From positions 6,240 through 70,239 of the forward strand of contig JAPLLW010000016.1 of the NCBI GenBank assembly GCA_026387355.1: DNA of 64,000 nt. Direction: 5' to 3'. This DNA comes from Candidatus Omnitrophota bacterium (GTDB lineage Bacteria; Omnitrophota; Gorgyraeia; Gygaellales; Profunditerraquicolaceae). The notes under the pieces were generated by a model. It did no database searches, had not been told where the DNA came from, and saw only the letters and a program-made list of their open reading frames with translations. Of the stretch, positions 42,616 through 55,543 are shown one piece after another (positions within the stretch are counted from its first letter, which is position 1; every line of letters starts with the position of its first letter). The translations under genes were made by a program, and so were the position numbers.

Positions 42616-42876
42616 TTAATCTACGGAATCTAAAAGAATCACAGTTTTGTTCTTAAAAACCTTGAGAAAGCCTTTACCCTTATTGTTAATTATCGTAAGC
42701 CCTCCCGAAGATTCTTTAACGATTATCTTACCTGCCTTAAGATTAGCTATTAAAGGCGCGTGATCCGCAAGTACGCCTAAATAACCCAAGGCAGCCGGAA
42801 CAACTAAAGAAGAAACGTCTCCTTTGTATACTAATGCTCCGGGGGTCAAAATGTTTAAGTAAAAGTTCTTCTGCAT
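42616..42876 (-). CDS. atpC: ATP synthase epsilon subunit (short, beta-sandwich only)
   Basis: LNILTP, GYLGVLADHAPLI; 86 aa; follows atpD. Confidence 0.9.
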   Translation of the reverse strand: MQKNFYLNILTPGALVYKGDVSSLVVPAALGYLGVLADHAPLIANLKAGKIIVKESSGGLTIINNKGKGFLKVFKNKTVILLDSVD

Positions 42877-42885
42877 TTCTTTAGA

Positions 42886-45138
<2,253 letters not shown>

Positions 45139-45142
<4 letters not shown>

Positions 45143-46668
45143 AATTTCATTCTTTTGACAAACTCGTCTTTGAAAGTGCTTATTAAAAGATCCAATTTCT
45201 CCATAAGAAATGAACTTAATTCCTTCTTAGATTGCACCTCTATGGCGATCTCAGGATTCTTATTATCCATATATTCAAAGAATTCATGCTCAAACCTTTT
45301 TACAGCACCTATCGGTAAATCATCGAGAAAACCGCGCGTACCGCAATAAATAATCATTACCTGCTTAGAAATTGGGAGCGGCGTATACTGTTCCTGCTTT
45401 AAAACCTCTACCATCCTCTCCCCGCGGGTAAGCTGTGCCTGCGTAGCCTTATCCAATTCTGTGCCAAACTGGGTAAAAGCAACTAATTCCCGGTATTGGG
45501 CTAAATCTAGACGCAGTTTTGAGGCTACCTGACGCATGGCTTTAACCTGGGCCTTTCCTCCGACCCTGGAGACTGATAAACCTACATTGATTGCCGGGCG
45601 CACACCTGCGTAAAAAAGATCATTTTCCAGATAAATCTGGCCATCGGTAATCGAAATAACATTCGTAGGTATATAGCTGGTAATATCTCCTGCTTGAGTC
45701 TCAACTATAGGAATAGCCGTAAGCGAGCCTGCACCAAGTTCATTATTAAGTTTAGCCGCCCTCTCTAACAAACGTGAATGCAGATAAAATATGTCGCCCG
45801 GATAAGCCTCTCTCCCCGGAGGCCTTCTTAAAAGAAGAGATAGTTGCCGGTAAGCCTGGGCATGCTTAGTTAAATCATCATAAATTACTAAAACGTGCTT
45901 ACCGGAATAAAGCAGCTCTTCGCCCATAGCACAGCCTGAATATGGCGCAAGATATTGTAGAGATGCTGATGCCCGGCTTGATGCGCTAACAATTGTAGTA
46001 TATTCCATAGCCCCGTATTTCTGTAAAGTTTCAGCAACCGCTACAATACTAGACATCTTTTGGCCTATAGCAACATAAACACAATATACATCTTTGCCCT
46101 TTTGATTAATAATTGTATCAATAGTAATTGCGGTTTTCCCTGTCTGACGATCAGCAATAATTAATTCTCGCTGCCCACGGCCGATAGGTGTCAGGGCATC
46201 AATAGCCTTAATGCCTGTCTCAAGTGATTCGCATACCGGCTGACGCTCAACCACATTGGGCGCCCTTGATTCTATGGGTCTAAATTTATTTGTATCAATA
46301 GGACCTTTACCGTCAATGGGCCTACCTAAAGAACTAACTACGCGGCCAAGAAGTGCCTCTCCTACGGGAACCTGAACAATCTTTCCCGTACGCTTGACCA
46401 TATCCCCTTCTTTAATATTCTTATCGGGATTATCCGTGCCAAAAACAACCACTCCAACGCTCTCTTCTTCAAGATTTAAGACCATACCCATGACTTTCTC
46501 AGAAAATTGCACCAGCTCTCCGACCATTACATCGTCTAATCCATGAATACGTGCAATAGTATCACCTACCTGGATAACTGTTCCGATAGACTCCGATCGC
46601 ATACGGGTCTTATATTTTTCTAACTCCTTGCGGATAATCGAAGATACTTCTTCCGGCTTTAATGGCAT
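45139..46668 (-). CDS. atpA: ATP synthase alpha subunit
   Basis: [31 protein letters not shown]. Confidence 0.98.
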
Positions 46669-46669
46669 A

Positions 46670-47212
46670 TTAAACCTTTACTGTTAAAAGTCTTTCCTTG
46701 AGATCATCTAAACGCCTGCGCACAGAACCATCGATAATAGTATTACCAATAACTACCTGCACGCCACCCAAAAGAGAACCGTCTAAATTTATATAGAATC
46801 TAATCTTACGTTTTAGTTTCATTTCCAACCTCTCTTTAATCTGACGGATTAAATCTAAACCTAGTGGAAAACTAGTCCTTAGTATCGCCTCAGTCTCGCC
46901 CAAGTGTGCGTAGGTAATCCTAACATAATCTGCAATATCAATAATTTTATCAAAACGGTTTTTCTCTAATAAGAACCATAAGAATTCTTTAAACTCTTTC
47001 GAAAAATCTTCCCCAAGGACCTTTTCAATAAAATCGCATTTTTCTGAATACGAAACATCGAAACTGTGCAAAATCTCATAAAACCCCAAATTATCTTTCA
47101 TCAAAAACTTAAGGGCCTTAAAATCACTGACTGCCTTTTTCAGGCCAACAGTCTCTTTAGCAAAATCCATGAAGGCCTCGGCATACCTTTTAACTACCAG
47201 ACGCTCCATCAT
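46670..47212 (-). CDS. atpH: ATP synthase delta subunit
   Basis: [24 protein letters not shown]; lies between atpF and atpA. Confidence 0.92.
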   Translation of the reverse strand: MMERLVVKRYAEAFMDFAKETVGLKKAVSDFKALKFLMKDNLGFYEILHSFDVSYSEKCDFIEKVLGEDFSKEFKEFLWFLLEKNRFDKIIDIADYVRITYAHLGETEAILRTSFPLGLDLIRQIKERLEMKLKRKIRFYINLDGSLLGGVQVVIGNTIIDGSVRRRLDDLKERLLTVKV

Positions 47213-47706
47213 TCTAGCTTATCAACTCCTTCCAGAAAATCATTGATTAACTTTCTATCGCCATCTTCAGTAAGTTTCTCCTGAATAATATTCTCGGTTG
47301 CCTTAATCGTAAGATCGATAATCTCGTTCTTTAATTCATCTTTTGCCTTGGCCAGTTCAAATTTAATATTGGCTTTAGCGCCATCGAGTATCTCTTGCGC
47401 GGCAAGATGCCCGCTCTTGCGTGCTTCTTCTAAAATTAGCTTTGCCTGCATAAGTGAATCCTGAATCTTCTGCTTAGCGAGTTGGTCAATATCCGATATC
47501 TTTAAGTTGTATTCAGCCTTTAGTTCTTCGATCTGCTTATTCGCCTCTTCAATCTTCTTAAACTCAAGAATAATCCTCTCTTTACGCTTATCCAGAAGCC
47601 CTAAAATTCTCTTCCAGACAAAGACCCTGAGCAATATAAGCAGGATTAAGAAGCTTATAACCTGGGCCACAATTTCATTTGCGCTTAACAGCTTTAATAA
47701 TTCCAT
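47209..47706 (-). CDS. atpF: ATP synthase b subunit
   Basis: N-terminal TM, WKRILGLLDKRKERI, long coiled coil. Confidence 0.92.
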   Translation of the reverse strand: MELLKLLSANEIVAQVISFLILLILLRVFVWKRILGLLDKRKERIILEFKKIEEANKQIEELKAEYNLKISDIDQLAKQKIQDSLMQAKLILEEARKSGHLAAQEILDGAKANIKFELAKAKDELKNEIIDLTIKATENIIQEKLTEDGDRKLINDFLEGVDKLE

Positions 47707-47744
47707 AAATTAAACTCTCTTAACTATTAAAAATAGCTATTAGT

Positions 47745-47978
47745 TTATAACTTTCCGGATAAGACAAACGCAAATACCAAAGCGTATATAGTTAAAGCTT
47801 CGATAAATGCACAACCCGTAGCCATATTAATCAAGATCTTGGTTGCTGCCTCAGGCTGCCGGCCGGTAGCCTCCATAGCCGAAGAAACCGCCTTGCCTAA
47901 AGCAAGCGCAGAACCAACTGCGACTATCCCCAAACCTAAAGGAATAGCTAAAGCTAACATTGTTTTCTCGTCCATCAT
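47745..47978 (-). CDS. atpE: ATP synthase c subunit (H+-type signature)
   Basis: GRQPEA loop; FIEALTIY carboxylate without the Q...E(S/T) Na+ ligands. Confidence 0.94.
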   Translation of the reverse strand: MMDEKTMLALAIPLGLGIVAVGSALALGKAVSSAMEATGRQPEAATKILINMATGCAFIEALTIYALVFAFVLSGKL

Positions 47979-47990
47979 ATCCTCCCTTTG

Positions 47991-48743
47991 TTATACTGCT
48001 TCTTCCTCGTGAGTTAACACAAGGGCTAAATATATTGTTGTTAAAAGGCTAAAAACAACTGCCTGAACTACTGCTGCTAAAATTGCCAGTAACGTACTAA
48101 AAATAATTAGCGGTATGCCGGGAAGTCCGAATCCGGAGAGAACTGATAATAGCATCTCATCCCCCCAGATATTGCTGCGTAAACGTAAAGATAGGCTAAT
48201 CGGCCTGACTAACTCTGAAACAATATGCAGAAGAAACATCATTATCGGGATAAAAACAGAGACTGCAAGAATCCCACGCGGACGACCCATCATATGATCA
48301 AAGTAACCTAAAAAACCTAACTCCTTAAATGCGGAATACTGCACATATACAAATACACAAAGCGCCAGGGCTAAAGTTGTAGACCAGCTTGCGCTTGGCG
48401 ACTTCATAAAAGGGACTATCCCGGATAAATTCATAAAAATTATATATATAAAAAGTGTCCCGATAAAAGGGGTGAAACTTCTGCCCTTCGGGCCTAATAT
48501 GCCGCAGATAAAATCATCAAGCGTACCTACAACCACTTCTATAGCATTCTGCAGACGGCCAGGAATCATTGAGGCCTTACGCGTTCCGAAATAGGCAATC
48601 AGAGAGATAATCACGACGATAATAAGGGAAAAAATAACATTCTCCCAAAGATAAATCTGAGCACCCAGGTGCGTGGTGAGCCCTACTTTATCGGCTAGGA
48701 ATGAAACTAAATTTGGCAGTTCGTGCTGGCTTTCCTGATGCAT
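47991..48743 (-). CDS. atpB: ATP synthase a subunit
   Basis: PGRLQN, RPISLSLRL..N, VQAVVFSLLTTIY. Confidence 0.93.
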   Translation of the reverse strand: MHQESQHELPNLVSFLADKVGLTTHLGAQIYLWENVIFSLIIVVIISLIAYFGTRKASMIPGRLQNAIEVVVGTLDDFICGILGPKGRSFTPFIGTLFIYIIFMNLSGIVPFMKSPSASWSTTLALALCVFVYVQYSAFKELGFLGYFDHMMGRPRGILAVSVFIPIMMFLLHIVSELVRPISLSLRLRSNIWGDEMLLSVLSGFGLPGIPLIIFSTLLAILAAVVQAVVFSLLTTIYLALVLTHEEEAV

Positions 48744-49072
48744 ATAGACAATACCCCCAAAACTAAAAGAATCGAGAAAACACCTAAAAATAAGCTTGAA
48801 ATGGGGAAGATCTTATAAATCAAGATTAAAAACCCTAGTAAATATAATACTGGAAATTTAATTAAAAGCAATAATAAAAGCTTTTGTTTATCTCTCTGAA
48901 GTATGGCTATTTCTATCAATTTTATTGTCAGTACTAAGTTAACCGTGGACCAAGAAGCGCCAACTAACAAACCGAAAGCAAAGCTAAATCTATGCAAGAT
49001 TACAAAAACTAGAAACGCAATTAAAACTAGCAAGATATTTACCTTAACAGACCTATTTATCAGATCACGCAC
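48707..49072 (-). CDS. atpI: ATP synthase protein I (four-TM)
   Basis: Small hydrophobic protein (GLLVGASWSTVN) immediately upstream of atpB. Confidence 0.7.
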   Translation of the reverse strand: MRDLINRSVKVNILLVLIAFLVFVILHRFSFAFGLLVGASWSTVNLVLTIKLIEIAILQRDKQKLLLLLLIKFPVLYLLGFLILIYKIFPISSLFLGVFSILLVLGVLSICIRKASTNCQI

Positions 49073-49313
49073 CCTCCACTCCTCCCTTATCTATCGCTAG
49101 AACCTTTCTGATTATTCTCACTGCCTCTCTAATTCCGACCACAAGGCCCATCCCCACGCAAACGAGCATTACATAATAAGGAAGCCTGAATTCCTTCTGC
49201 AGATAATCCCCTAAAAAGTATCCGCCCAAAGGAGCAGTAACCATCATTATCGGGATATAGGAGATTAACCCCGCGATTTTTATCCTTTTATATAGCTCTT
49301 CTTTTTTAGTCAT
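49065..49313 (-). CDS. AtpZ/AtpI-family two-TM protein
   Basis: GGYFLGDYLQ..F..P motif; first gene of the atp operon. Confidence 0.75.
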   Translation of the reverse strand: MTKKEELYKRIKIAGLISYIPIMMVTAPLGGYFLGDYLQKEFRLPYYVMLVCVGMGLVVGIREAVRIIRKVLAIDKGGVEGA

Positions 49314-49349
49314 AAAAAAACGTAGCTAATTTCTTAAATATTAACTACG
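49314..49349 (-). terminator. Terminator-like hairpin plus U7 abutting the first atp start codon
   Basis: Minus strand CGTAGTTAAT-N9-ATTAGCTACG-TTTTTTT-ATG. Confidence 0.45.
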
Positions 49350-49388
49350 CCATGGCAAAAAACTTCTTTTATGCGCACCTGCGAACGA

Positions 49389-51368
49389 CTAAACCCTGAT
49401 AGGTAATATGACAAACGGTATGCCCTGGCGGTATAACCTTTTTTGCATCGCAAAAACAGTATAGTTATGCAGCATGCGCACAACAAATGAATCATGTGGA
49501 AATATCAGCTGGCCTCCGAAAAAGACTGCATTTGGAAAGCGCGCGACAACCTTAGGTGCAATATTGCTTACTTCTTCTACAACATCTGTTCCGACATCAA
49601 AGAAACCTTCTGCGTAAAAACCCTGCTTATTCATAAACTTAATGTAACGGGAAATATCATTCTTGCCTTCGGTCTCTACGCGACCAACCTCGTCCTTACC
49701 TTTAAAATTTCCGGCGTCAACTACACCTATCTGTACAAATACAAAATTCTTAAAGATCCCACCGAATAACCTGATTACCCCAAAAAGAGTATGCAAACCA
49801 ATACCATTAAACCCGCTTATTAATAAAACAGCGGTCTTAGCTTTTGGGTCAAATTTATGTTCTAAGTTCAGATTTATCTCAGGATTTAAACGCGCATCCT
49901 CAGCTGACTCGGCAACGGTAACTAAATTATTTAACCTATGGAGCAGCTTTGTAGTTTGATAATAATGCCTCTTGATTAAGATCGCTAGTATAATCAGCGC
50001 GCCGGTAATGAATAAAGTGATCCAGCCACCTTCATTAAATTTCATAACAACCATAGAAACTAAAATAAAGGCGCTTAAAATAAGTCCCGTGCCGTTGATA
50101 AGTATCTTCTTGAGCCAGCCCTTAAATTGAGATCGCAACTGCCACCAGTGACGCACCATGCCTGTCTGGGATAAACAAAAGGTGAGAAAAACATTGATAC
50201 TATATAAAACTACAAGAAACTTAACCGAACCATTAGTAAGTACCATTAAAAATAGGGCAAGTCCTCCCATAATCAAAATGCCGTTCTGATTCACTAATCT
50301 ATCACTTAAAGCTGAGAATCTGTTAGGAAACCAGCGATCATTAGCCATATTTGCCAATACCCTAGGTCCATCTATAAAACCTGTTTGAGCAGCAACAAAA
50401 AGAAGCGTGGCTTCGGAAATTAAGGCAACCAGAACAAAAATATATCCGAACTTACCCCAGTCAACAGTAACCGCTTCGAATAAAATCGCATTTAAGGTTT
50501 TCCCGGATTGAGGAACAATCTTAAAGAGTAGGTAGGAAAACATTAAACCTAAAACTACAAAAGAAAGCGATATTGCCATATAGCGCATTGTATGCTTGGC
50601 TGTTTTTACCTTTGGTTCGCGTAAAACCGGCACACCATTACTAACTGCTTCGATCCCGGTAAAAGTACCGGCTCCCATACTATAAGCTTTCAGCACTAAA
50701 AAAATAGTCCCCCATATGCCTAGTGAGGTTATGGTATTATTCAAATCTCCTTTTGTAGCAGTAGCCAACTCACCTAAATTTGATGAATGCCTCCAGAAGG
50801 CATAGCCAATTATAAAGATATGGGTCACTAGAAAAGTTACGAAAATAGGGGTAAGCACTACTACTGATTCTTTTATCCCTCTCATATTCAGAATCATAAG
50901 AACTAAGACTATACCAACGGCAAAGGCCAGCCTATAAGAGTGCCACTCAATTGGTAGAAAACTAAATACGGCATCTGCGCCGGCAGCGATAGAAACCGTG
51001 ATCGTCAGGACATAATCAATCAGCAAGGCGCAACCTGAAACCATCCCTACGGTAGGAGAGATTAATTTACTAGCAACTAGATAACCCCCTCCTCCGCTAG
51101 GAAAAAGCTCAACTATCTGAGAATAACTTGCGCTTATAACAAATATAGTAATCACTGTTCCCAAAGCCACAAAAATACTTAAGAATGTGTGCGATCCTAA
51201 GGCGAGAAAAGCTTCCTGGGGACCGTAACATGAGGAAGATAACCCATCCGCACCTAAGCCTATCCAGGCAAAGAAGGCTATCAGGGATAATTTATGAAAG
51301 ATCCCGGGAGCTTGCGGATCCCGGGACCCTCCTAAAATAAGATTCTTAATTCTTTTGGTTAAAGACAT
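49389..51368 (-). CDS. APC-superfamily transporter, KimA-like (probable K+/H+ symporter)
   Basis: About 12 TM segments; GADGLSSSCYG, PSGGGGY, LLIDYVLT, TGIEAVSNG, plus a C-terminal soluble domain. Confidence 0.75.
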   Translation of the reverse strand: MSLTKRIKNLILGGSRDPQAPGIFHKLSLIAFFAWIGLGADGLSSSCYGPQEAFLALGSHTFLSIFVALGTVITIFVISASYSQIVELFPSGGGGYLVASKLISPTVGMVSGCALLIDYVLTITVSIAAGADAVFSFLPIEWHSYRLAFAVGIVLVLMILNMRGIKESVVVLTPIFVTFLVTHIFIIGYAFWRHSSNLGELATATKGDLNNTITSLGIWGTIFLVLKAYSMGAGTFTGIEAVSNGVPVLREPKVKTAKHTMRYMAISLSFVVLGLMFSYLLFKIVPQSGKTLNAILFEAVTVDWGKFGYIFVLVALISEATLLFVAAQTGFIDGPRVLANMANDRWFPNRFSALSDRLVNQNGILIMGGLALFLMVLTNGSVKFLVVLYSINVFLTFCLSQTGMVRHWWQLRSQFKGWLKKILINGTGLILSAFILVSMVVMKFNEGGWITLFITGALIILAILIKRHYYQTTKLLHRLNNLVTVAESAEDARLNPEINLNLEHKFDPKAKTAVLLISGFNGIGLHTLFGVIRLFGGIFKNFVFVQIGVVDAGNFKGKDEVGRVETEGKNDISRYIKFMNKQGFYAEGFFDVGTDVVEEVSNIAPKVVARFPNAVFFGGQLIFPHDSFVVRMLHNYTVFAMQKRLYRQGIPFVILPIRV

Positions 51369-53650
51369 TAAAAAGTAGCCTCGCTCTTTTTCTTAAAGCT
51401 TAAAGCACCGTGCTTTGAATACAGAATTGCCCCAAATATAATAACTAAACAAAGGACTATCCCAATTATAACACCTGTATCAGTTCTTTTGTAATGAATT
51501 ATTATAGGTGCGGCAAGAACCGAAACCAGGTTTATAACCTTAATCATCGGGTTTAATGCCGGGCCAGCAGTATCTTTTAAGGGATCTCCTACTGTATCAC
51601 CGACAACAGATGCTTTGTGCGCCTCTGAACCCTTACCTCCGTATAAACCGTCTTCAATTGTCTTCTTGGCATTATCCCAAGCACCGCCTGCAGTAGCCAT
51701 AAAAACCGCTAAAAGTTGTCCTGAGACGATTACGCCGGCAAGAAATCCACCTAATGCCTCAACCCTAAGCACCATGCCGATTAAAATCGGACTTAATACT
51801 GCAATTAAAGCTAAACCCACCAGCTCTTTTTGCGCAGCCACTGTACAAATATCCACTACTTTTTTATAATCGGGCTTTACCTTACCTTCCATTAATCCGG
51901 GTATATGAAATTGCTTGCGCACTTCCTCTACAATCATGGTAGCAGCACGTGCAACAGCAGTAATCATAAGACTAGAAAACAAGCACGGGATAGCCGCACC
52001 TATTAATACACCTACAAAAACAATCGGTTCTGAAACTCGTATACCTGTTGCCATAATGCGTAAAGCCTCAGGTAATCCCATCTGCATCTGGGCCTTTGCA
52101 ACATCAGTTAAAAACGCGCCGAATAAAGAAACAGCGGCAATAACTGCCGAGCCGATTGCCACACCTTTAGTAATCGCCTTAGTAGTATTACCTACGGCAT
52201 CTAAGTCAGCCATAATCTTGCGTGCCTCTGGCTCTAAATGTGCCATCTCGCCAATTCCATTAGCATTATCAGCGATAGGACCAAAAGAATCCATGGCCAC
52301 ATTGTTGCCGGTTAAAGTAAGCATACCAATGCCGGTCATTGCTACGCCGTAAAGAATGTAAACCACCGGCTGGCCCCAATAAATCATAACCGCTGCGGTA
52401 ATAGTTAAAGCGATAACTATAAACTGCCAGGCTGCTGATTCAAGGCCGATAGAAAGCCCGCGTAAAATCAGAGTAGCTGAACCTGTGCGGCTGGCACTTG
52501 CAATTTCTTTTACCGGCGCATGATGCGTATGTGTGAAATATTTAGTTATCTCATCAATAAGAATAGCTAGAACTATACCCATACCTACGGATAAAAATGC
52601 CCGCCATTCATGCATATAGAAATGCGCTAATATCATAAACGCAAATACAGAGATAGCTGCGGAGGCATAGAAACCGCGGTTGATACTCTTAAATGCATCT
52701 TCCCCGCCTTTTGCGCCTTTCTTACCCTTAACTAGATAAGTACCAATAATAGATGAGACAACTCCGATACCGCGCACAAGCAGCGGAAAAATAATCCACT
52801 TTAATTCACCCGTTAGAGAGACAAGCGCTAAACCTAAAATCAAAGCAGATACAATGGTTACTTCGTATGATTCAAATATATCTGCTGCCATACCTGCGCA
52901 ATCACCGACATTATCACCTACTAGATCAGCAATAACTGCGGCATTTCTCGGATCATCCTCAGGTATATTCTTTTCAACCTTACCTACAAGGTCAGCCCCT
53001 ACATCTGCTGCCTTAGTATATATTCCGCCACCCACGCGCATAAAGAGCGCAAGCAGGGTACCACCGAATCCGAAACCAAGCAGAACATCGGGAGAAGCAA
53101 TACCAAAAACAATAAAGATTATTGTCCCGCCGAATAATCCTAAACCATCAGTAAGCATACCTGTAACCGTACCTGTGCGATAGGCAATCTTTAATGCCTC
53201 GGCAAAACTTCTGCGCGATGCACTCGCCACGCGCACATTGCCGTCAACAGCCATACGCATACCGAATTGGCCAACCGCTAGAGAGAAAAATGCGCCCATT
53301 ACAAAAGCAGCGGCTCTACCGAAACCGACAATAAGCTTAACCATATCCGGGCTAAATCTGCTAAAGCGCGTTAACGCCTCATCTGTCGGAGGAATAATAT
53401 ATACCGAGAAAAATAATACGCCTGTAAGCACAAAAATTAAAGGTAGTATGCTTTTTAACTGGCGGCTTAAATATGCATCAGCACCCGAGCGTATTGCGCC
53501 CCAAACCTCCTGCATCGCAGCTGTCCCTTTATCATGGCGCATAACCTGGCTGCGTAGAAAAACAGCATAACCTAAACCCAACAAGGCAATCAAAAGTACA
53601 CTCCAGATTGCAACTACTTCAAATAAACTTGCCTGCATTAAACCTAACAT
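51368..53650 (-). CDS. hppA: Membrane pyrophosphatase, K+-independent H+-pumping type
   Basis: DVGADLVGKVE, DNVGDCAG, GDTVGDPLKD; GNTTKA (Lys at the K+-dependence position). Confidence 0.93.
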   Translation of the reverse strand: MLGLMQASLFEVVAIWSVLLIALLGLGYAVFLRSQVMRHDKGTAAMQEVWGAIRSGADAYLSRQLKSILPLIFVLTGVLFFSVYIIPPTDEALTRFSRFSPDMVKLIVGFGRAAAFVMGAFFSLAVGQFGMRMAVDGNVRVASASRRSFAEALKIAYRTGTVTGMLTDGLGLFGGTIIFIVFGIASPDVLLGFGFGGTLLALFMRVGGGIYTKAADVGADLVGKVEKNIPEDDPRNAAVIADLVGDNVGDCAGMAADIFESYEVTIVSALILGLALVSLTGELKWIIFPLLVRGIGVVSSIIGTYLVKGKKGAKGGEDAFKSINRGFYASAAISVFAFMILAHFYMHEWRAFLSVGMGIVLAILIDEITKYFTHTHHAPVKEIASASRTGSATLILRGLSIGLESAAWQFIVIALTITAAVMIYWGQPVVYILYGVAMTGIGMLTLTGNNVAMDSFGPIADNANGIGEMAHLEPEARKIMADLDAVGNTTKAITKGVAIGSAVIAAVSLFGAFLTDVAKAQMQMGLPEALRIMATGIRVSEPIVFVGVLIGAAIPCLFSSLMITAVARAATMIVEEVRKQFHIPGLMEGKVKPDYKKVVDICTVAAQKELVGLALIAVLSPILIGMVLRVEALGGFLAGVIVSGQLLAVFMATAGGAWDNAKKTIEDGLYGGKGSEAHKASVVGDTVGDPLKDTAGPALNPMIKVINLVSVLAAPIIIHYKRTDTGVIIGIVLCLVIIFGAILYSKHGALSFKKKSEATF

Positions 53651-53668
53651 CTTGTAACCGCTCCTTTC

Positions 53669-54073
53669 TTACTTCTCTGTTGTTGCTGCTATATTAAGAT
53701 TTTTTATTCCCACCATGTTTAATATATCTAACACATCAACGATATCTTTAAAACGCACCAATCTATCCGAACTAATAACTACCCCTACATTAGGATTCTC
53801 TTGGTATCTTGCTAAAACCCTATTCTTTAATTCTTTCCTGGTAATCAAATCATCATCCAGATATATCGCCCCTTCGTTGGTTATAACAATATTCACCGGC
53901 CTCTCAGTCTTAGTAGGAGTAGCACTTGCTGCTACAGGCAAATTTACTTTAATACTCGATTGAATAATCAGAGGCGTTGTAATCATGAATACTATCAAAA
54001 GCACCAAGATAACATCGGTAAACGGAGTTATATTTATCTCTGCTATTAGATGTTTTCTGGTTCGGCCCTTCAT
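53669..54073 (-). CDS. exbD: ExbD/TolR family protein
   Basis: EINITPFTDVILVLLIVFMITTP. Confidence 0.9.
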   Translation of the reverse strand: MKGRTRKHLIAEINITPFTDVILVLLIVFMITTPLIIQSSIKVNLPVAASATPTKTERPVNIVITNEGAIYLDDDLITRKELKNRVLARYQENPNVGVVISSDRLVRFKDIVDVLDILNMVGIKNLNIAATTEK

Positions 54074-54687
54074 CTTTTTTTAACAGCTAATAAATCCATT
54101 ATTTCGGATGCGCAAAGCTCCATATCAGAGATAAAATTATCGATCTTTTTTAAAAAATAATTATAGGCCATAACCGCAGGCACTGCCACGCATAAACCTA
54201 CGGCTGTGCAAGCAAGCGCCTCAGAGATACCATTGATTACTACGCTAATTCCACCAGCTCCACTTAATGAAATATCGTGAAATGCGCGAATTATTCCTAA
54301 AACGGTTCCAAATAGCCCGATATATACCGCAGTACTTCCTATGGTTCCCACAATACTGGCATAGCGCTCTAATTTAGTAGTCTCGACCGTGATCTCTCTT
54401 TCCATGGTGTTAGAAATAAGCACTTCGCTATGGCCATGCAGAGTCAATCCAGAAAATACAACACCGGCAAATGGAGTATCTGTCTCTTTACAAATCACTA
54501 AAGCCTTACCCACCTCTCCCTTTTCCAGCTCACGGGTAATCTTTAGCATAAAAGCAACTCTCTTCATGCGCGATCTCTTCTTATAATATCTAATTCTCTC
54601 AATAATAATGGTAAGCGATAAAACAGAACACGCTATTAAAATGTATACGGTAAATCCCCCGGCTTTAAGCAATTGCCATATTGTCAT
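54070..54687 (-). CDS. exbB: MotA/TolQ/ExbB proton-channel protein
   Basis: TIGSTAVYIGLFGTVLGIIRAF, GISEAL..TAVGL.VAVPA. Confidence 0.9.
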   Translation of the reverse strand: MTIWQLLKAGGFTVYILIACSVLSLTIIIERIRYYKKRSRMKRVAFMLKITRELEKGEVGKALVICKETDTPFAGVVFSGLTLHGHSEVLISNTMEREITVETTKLERYASIVGTIGSTAVYIGLFGTVLGIIRAFHDISLSGAGGISVVINGISEALACTAVGLCVAVPAVMAYNYFLKKIDNFISDMELCASEIMDLLAVKKR

Positions 54688-55194
54688 CTAGAATTCCTCC
54701 TTAAGAATTTCTTTAATCTTAGCTACACAAAAATCAGCTGACTTTTTCACGACTAGAGAAACCTTACTGTTAAATTTAAGCTCCTTAGGCTGAATACCAA
54801 GCACCATAACCTGGCAATCCAAAGATTGAATTAGGTAATCCGCCAGAATACTTAAAGGTAACTGATGCGTTGAAAAAGATACCCCGCCTATTTTATCCGC
54901 CTCAATAAGCTCAATTGCGCCTGCCGGCTTTCCTATATCAGCAGAATCAACGATTATGATGTGTGTTGGCTTAAACTTCTTTATTTCTCCGGTAATATTT
55001 TCCGGGGCAGTATCGCCAATAAAAACCTTGATTCTTTTTTCTTTCGGATTTTTCTGAATAAATCTATCCAAGCCACGGGCGACAATAATTCCGGCAGCAT
55101 CATCGCCTCGCAGAACTGAGCCAACCCCAAGCAGAGCGATCTTTTTTGCCTTCTTTAATCTACTGCTTAGGGCAATCTTTAGGCCTAGATTCAT
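54688..55194 (-). CDS. hycI: Hydrogenase maturation endopeptidase (HycI-like)
   Basis: [36 protein letters not shown]; likely start at ATG 55194. Confidence 0.88.
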   Translation of the reverse strand: MNLGLKIALSSRLKKAKKIALLGVGSVLRGDDAAGIIVARGLDRFIQKNPKEKRIKVFIGDTAPENITGEIKKFKPTHIIIVDSADIGKPAGAIELIEADKIGGVSFSTHQLPLSILADYLIQSLDCQVMVLGIQPKELKFNSKVSLVVKKSADFCVAKIKEILKEEF

Positions 55195-55543
55195 CCTGAA
55201 AAACAACCTTTAGTTTTTCGCGGTCTAATTGGGCAAGCTCCACATCGCTTGTGCAAAGAAGTGCCTTTTTAAAACACGAATCTACACACTGGCCGCAGAA
55301 TATACATTTACTATTATCAATTTGAGCCTGGAATTGTTTTTCACCGGTCTTAACAATCACTATCGCGCCTGTCGGACAATCCTTCATGCACATCTTACAA
55401 CCAACGCATTTCTCAGGAAAGAATTTAAGTTTGCCGCGGTAATTGTCTGCCATCTCCAGCTTCTCAGCAGGATATTTACTTGTCGCCGGCTTTTTAAATA
55501 TAGAACGCAAAACCTCCTGCATCATCTTGCCGGGCCTAATCAT
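55160..55543 (-). CDS. 2x[4Fe-4S] ferredoxin subunit (NuoI/EchF-like) of group 4 hydrogenase
   Basis: [12 protein letters not shown] and [11 protein letters not shown]. Confidence 0.9.
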   Translation of the reverse strand: MIRPGKMMQEVLRSIFKKPATSKYPAEKLEMADNYRGKLKFFPEKCVGCKMCMKDCPTGAIVIVKTGEKQFQAQIDNSKCIFCGQCVDSCFKKALLCTSDVELAQLDREKLKVVFQDESRPKDCPKQ

